Of a DNA stretch of 51,772 nucleotides, positions 46,265 to 51,772 are shown piece by piece. The notes under the pieces were generated by a model, which saw nothing but the letters and a program-made list of their open reading frames with translations, was not told the origin of the DNA and did no database searches. Made by a program: the position numbers and the translations under genes. Origin of the DNA: Macrostomum lignano (taxonomy: Eukaryota); the NCBI GenBank assembly GCA_002269645.1, contig NIVC01003795.1:1-51772 (forward strand). The letters run 5' to 3'. How positions within the stretch are numbered: position 1 is the stretch's first letter; each line of letters starts with the position of its first letter.

Positions 46265-46674
46265 TGACACATCGCCCCGGCGAATGAATTTTTTCGGACA
46301 GAATTGTTTGTGCACATTGGCCAATCCTTTTCAAATCGTATCATCTAATCTTTTTATAATCTTTTATTCAGCTATAAGGTTGAGCTCTGCACACTGGAGG
46401 AGGGCGACGTACCAGTAATTATTAACTATATAACAAGTATGCATACATCTATTCAAGACGCAGCACTACTCGTTGTGACTAATGTTTTAAGAACTTTTAA
46501 CCCTAATTTATTAAAACCTGTTTGCTGAATAAAAATATTGTGAAATTTTAGATTTCTTTTTTTTGTTTTCTACTGACTTTCTTTATTTAAATTGATTTAG
46601 CGATGTTCCAGCCTATCACCGAGGACTGAAAAGCTTCTTTATTGTGCATTTTGGTAATTGTCTCTGGTTTGCAT

Positions 46675-47205
46675 TTGGGACACTAAATCATCCTCACCTG
46701 TAACTGGACACTAAATCATCCTCACCTGTCACTGGACACTAAATCATCCTCACCTGTCACTGGACACTAAATCATCCTCACCTGTAACTGGACACTAAAT
46801 CATCCTCACCTGTAACTGGACACTAAATCATCCTCACCTGTCACTGGACACTAAATCATCCTCACCTGTCACTGGACACTAAATCATCCTCACCTGTCAC
46901 TGGACACTAAATTATTATCCTTCAACTGTCACTGGACACTAAATTATTATCCTTCAACTGTCACTGGACACTAAATTATTATCCTTCAACTGTCACTGGA
47001 CACTAAATTATTATCCTTCAACTGTCACTGGACACTAAATTATTATCCTTCAACTGTCACTGGACACTAAATTATTATCCTTCAACTGTCACTGGACACT
47101 AAATTATTATCCTTCAACTGTCACTGGACACTAAATTATTATCCTTCAACTGTCACTGGACACTAAATTATTATCCTTCAACTGTCACTGGACACTAAAT
47201 TATTA
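46675..47205. repeat. Two-phase minisatellite (28-bp units, then 32-bp units)
   Basis: GGACACTAAATCATCCTCACCTGTCACT followed by GGACACTAAATTATTATCCTTCAACTGTCACT. Confidence 0.96.
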
Positions 47206-48189
47206 TCCCCACTTGTTAATAACTAAACCCCAGAATAAATGCTAAAATCAATAAAAACTTGAATCGATTTTGAATGAAATCTAATAAAATATCGATCCAT
47301 TTATTTGAATAAAATAACAAAACATACCACTTGAAGTCTACAAGAAAGTAAAATATGGCTATTAAATTTTCGTACAACAAATCACGAATCCGTAGAATAC
47401 ACTCGAATAACGGACGGAAAAGTTTGGAAAGCATGAATTTCGTTGGGATATAATTTGAGCAGAGGGATTGGTACGTTTTTGACATCAAATTTATGTATGC
47501 GATGCACTATAGCATGCAAGTTCATCCAATTTCAATGCGTGCGTGAGCTGTTTCAAGATTTATTTTCAGAATTTCCTAGAAATCGCGTCCTGGAAAACTG
47601 ATTTCGTAAAAATGAAGTAAAAAATTTATAAGCATTAAATTAGATCACCCCCTATGTACATCGCCAATTAACGTGAAAGGCACGCGGTGATGATGATTTT
47701 AAGACAAGGCAATTTTTCATTAAGTAAAGCGCACGTGTAAGCAAATAGGATTAACCAGCGGAAGAAGTCCAGCAGAAAGCGAAGCGAAGACTAATTTTGA
47801 CTATGAACAATTCTTAAACTGATTTTTTCTCTAGACAATTGATTAGGTCGTCAGTTGTAAAGGTATACTGCCAAATAGCACACAAAACTTTCTAAGCAAT
47901 TATTAGAGCACTATATGAACCAGGGGGCCAGTAAACAGCAACATCAGTTTTTTTTACTTTTATTTCTACCCCTCTCACCCACCTCACTCCGCAGCAGAAT
48001 TTCTATCCCTCTCTCAGCCAATGGGAGCACGACCATGATTTGTCAAGCCGCCACCCACCTCACTTGATCCCTGCATTCATTCTAATTGGCTGGCTGTTCG
48101 GTAGCCAATGGGCAAAGAGCTCTTGGAAATCGATCTACTGGAGGCCGCAGACTTAAAGGGACTAATTAAACAGGATTCGTTAAAGCTGC

Positions 48190-51100
48190 TTAATGCGTGG
48201 TGGAGGCCAGATGATGCCGGCGGCAGCGCAGACACACGGTTGAGTCGCGCGCCATTCTACTCGGCAGTAGGATAGTTCGAGCGCGAAATGTGCGACTCCG
48301 CCGACGTTCCAAGCTCTGCTGCCGGCCGGAGTTGCAGTCTAAGTCAGGCAGCACGGTGTTCATGCGCTCCAGGTCTCGTAGGGTCTCCTTCACCTCCTCC
48401 GGCAGGATCTGATGAGTGAGAATGTCCCTGAGCATGGCGGCTGTGCTCTCCCGTTTCTCAGAGGCGGTCAGCTGTTCGTGAACGCTGTAACCAACTGGGT
48501 CGACGCGACCCTCATTTGGAATATCAGCCGCTGCCGCTGTTAACCTGCTGACTGCTCCGGCTTTGACGGCCGGGTCAATGGGTGGTAGCGCTGATTGCTT
48601 CTGCTGCTGGTGCTGCTTGTGTGGCTTCTGCGATCTTTGCGATGATGATGGGGGCCTGCTACTGTTTAACTCGCTGCTGCTGCTGCCCAGGTTGCTGTTG
48701 TTGCTGACCGGTTCGCGCTGGCGTTGGGCGCTGCGCGATTCTGACCTTATTTGACCCTGAGCGAATTGCGAAACGTTACCAATTGCATCTCGCGCTTTCG
48801 AAGCAGCGCCCTCAGCTCTTTGTACTCCTCCAGGGTGTAGGTGCGCTCGTGCTCTCGCTGCGGGCAATTTTGGGTAAAGTTGTTAGAGAGCTTGATCGCT
48901 ACCAAAGGTGCTGTACAGGTACAGGTACACTTAATAGGAAGAAAAGCATCTTAGAAATGATTAAATAGGATACTTTCTCGAAGTAGATAGGCTTTTACGC
49001 AAAGACTAAGTTAATTGCAAGTCCTATTTAACCGTAAAAAAGTCGTGAGTTGAGCAGTAAATTTCGTCATACAGGTGACGACCTAAACTTTGCGTACTCC
49101 TAATGTTAAATTACGAGCTAAATGCAGTTGTCATGTATATTTAGTCGTAATCTTACTCATGCTGTCCCGGGTGGCGAGTCACACCTGCGCGATCAAGAAG
49201 CAATGAATAAAGTCCGCAATCAGCACAAAATTTGGCGAATAAAGCCAATTGATACTACTGAAACTTTGCGCGCGCGCTAGTAGGGTGTTTCGCTTATCGC
49301 TGCTGAAGGTTTGCAAAACAAACGAAAAAAATTAGAAACGGGAATCACACAGGCAGGCCATTAGGGGCTGATTAGGAAATTAGAATGTGATTAGACGCAA
49401 TTCGAGTTCGGGAGGACCCTGGAAACCATGACAACCGAGACGTGTTTATCCCATACCGTCCCATCCATTCTTTCTGTACCTGCTTCGACTTGCCCCTGGC
49501 CTTGCCCTTCTTCGCTCTGCGCCTCTTTCCCTGTTGACCTGTTTCGCCAGACTTGGCAGTCTTGTGCGACTCTGCTGATGAAGCTGCTGCTGATGACCAA
49601 TACTGCTGCGCTAGCCTCTCCGAGCGGCAGGTCAGCGGCGGTTTCCTCTTTGACAAGCGGCGGCTGATCAAACTGCGGCTCGCCAGAGATAATTGGCGCG
49701 CTGCTCGGTCTAATAGCCGTCTTGGCTGCCGCCACTGCTGGCGGGGTCGGCTGCGGAGGCCGGTCTGGGGTGTGGCAGCGGGGAGAGGGTGAGAGGGATA
49801 GAGAGGCACTAGAATGACTAGATTCTAGTGAATGTACACTGTTGGGCAGTAAGTGTACATTGACCCAGGATTTTCTCTACCCCCTTTCCGTGCAAATCTA
49901 ACTGCTTGTTTTGATGCTAGAGGGTCTTTCCTGCCCTTTAGACGCCCTCTTACCCTTGTACATTAAACTCTGTACATTATGTCGGCGGCATTAAGTGAAC
50001 AATGGCCAGCATCGTTCAATTTATTTTTTACGCCCGGCTCACTCCCAGTCTTTTCTACCCATACGCCGATTTAACGTATGTACATTGATGTAAATTGATG
50101 TAAATTGATCCTATTACCCCCTTTCCTTTCTACTACATATTTACTAATATAAACTTTCAGTTTAAATTACTTTAGCTAGTATGCTTATTAAGATTACCAA
50201 AAATAATAACTGAGCCAAAAAGTACATTGTCAAACAATCTTTAATTCCATAAACTAACTATTAGGTTATTCTTGCATTTAAAATGCCTGTTTACAGAGCA
50301 TTTTTCCTTGTTTAAAAATTGTTTAATTGTTTCCCTTTTTTGGCGCTTATTTAACTTAGCTTTAATTTATGAACAAGCTTACAGGAAATAATTAAAATTA
50401 AATTGTTCGACTCCGATACAAAATTACCAGTAATAATAAAACAACGATGATTGATTGATTAGGCAACAGCAACTAGCTACTAGTTTTGTCATGATATTGT
50501 CAACAATAATGTGCGCAATTGGTCTGGTAGCACTTTGCTGCTTCATGGGACAATTGGTAAATTAGCATGCCAATAAAAGTATACAGGTATACAGTACCCG
50601 TAATTCTGCTGCCTGAGACCGCCGCCGCCGCCGCCGTGAGCTGGCTGCTCCCCAGCCTGCCGCCCGCCTGCCAGAGCCAACAGTGGCGGCATTGACGCTG
50701 TCCTCGGACGCAGGAAGCGACTGTTCAACTCGACAACAACTGGCGGCAGACCGGTCGGTGCCTGCAGCGACTGGCGCCCCGTGGTAGCCGGGCGTTGTCG
50801 GCGAATGGCCGGCTCCGAGAGGCGGTCTCGGCGGGCCACAATGTCTAGCAGGTGTCTCAGAAAAGCCTCTTCGCGTTGCGAGAGGTCGATTTATGGCGAA
50901 GGTGAGGGGGTCGGCGGGAGGGGGGAGCGCAAGCAGGTTAGTCACAAATGGCAAGTGATGCTTTGGTGAGCAAGCGGTTAATTATCATGCTGGTTAGTTT
51001 ATAACTAAGCGCTGTTAGCGTACGCATGCACGAGCCTGCGGCAATTTTCTTTTTTCTCTTTAGTCTTGAATTCGAATTCGCGCCAAAATCGACCAAGCAC

Positions 51101-51467
51101 TTGTTGAGTGATGCCGTTGATTGCGATCAAATGGAAGTTTCAAAATTTAAATCACCTATTCATACAAGTTTGACTGTACTTTCTAATGTGTACAATGGGT
51201 ATTAAATAACTTTATCAGAACAAAATTGAATATAGTGGCGCGAATTCAAATTCAAAATTTAAAAAAGAAATTAATTGTTGGTTAGTTCGCTGCTAGGGCA
51301 TTTTATAGCTATTAATTTAATGATATTTACGTGATTAGTAGCTCATCTCAGAATGATCATTTATTTTATTGAATTCAATTTCTGCTCTAGCTCTCGTAAT
51401 TTTACCTTCATCTTGAGCTTCAATCACAGCCCTGCTCGAGCTTCCAGGCTCTTCCTCATCGTCTGGG
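48190..51467 (-). CDS. Partial multi-exon gene of unknown function (low-complexity, basic stretch, short coiled coil); 5' end probably outside the window
   Basis: Splice-bounded GC-rich blocks on the minus strand: 51467-51406 (PDDEEEPGSSSRAVIEAQDE), ~50868-50598 (AFLRHLLDIVARRDRL...RPRTASMP), 49764-49480 (...GKRRRAKKGKARGKSKQ), 48858-~48780 (REHERTYTLEEYKELRALLRKREMQL) and ~48717-48190 (...EEVKETLRDLERMNTVLPDL...). GC3 is strong, but the frames do not join cleanly. Confidence 0.6.
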
Positions 51468-51772
51468 CTGAAAAGGTGACGCAGCGTGAGACAGTGAAAG
51501 CGTGCATGTAACAAAAATTTGTTTACTGGTCATTCGTTCGGCATGCAGAGTCAGGGACTACGTGTACTTTAAGAGATGGACATTTTGTGTTACAAGAAGT
51601 ACAGAGAAGTTCTTTTATTAAAGCTGTAGCTATGTTTTTATACTACGCAGACATATTTGTTTAAATGCTATTAAATATTCGTGGAACGATTCTAAGAAAT
51701 AGTTTCTTCGAAATGCTAAAAATTAAATTTAACTTTCATAGGGAAGTTTTCTTATTCTAATCTTCAAAAATT

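Overview
This is eukaryotic, intron-containing DNA. The high-GC3 exons separated by minisatellite-filled introns resemble a free-living flatworm genome such as Macrostomum; that assignment is an inference, not a database result. I assembled five protein-coding loci by hand from GT-AG sites and phase matching. (1) The 3' half of an anion-type Cys-loop ligand-gated channel (+, ~6374-9410). (2) A 4-exon ankyrin + Mab-21/cGAS-like receptor gene (+, 11231-20273, ~845 aa), whose catalytic D-x-D position reads N-V-N. (3) A 14-exon RING-B-box-B-box-5xTudor gene with Qin/Kumo/RNF17 architecture (+, 21587-40834, ~1968 aa). (4) A 3-exon Ly6/uPAR-like GPI-anchored protein (+, 45194-46264, 155 aa). (5) A partial multi-exon gene of unknown function (-, 48190->51467) with an unresolved frame discontinuity. 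About 27 distinct micro/minisatellite arrays fill most introns and produce most of the long ORFs in the supplied track, which are artefacts. The AT-rich first intron of the Tudor gene has no arrays. It instead holds a MITE pair, a fold-back element and a tRNA-headed SINE, all showing CpG-to-TpG/CpA decay. No rRNA, intact tRNA or CRISPR array is supported.
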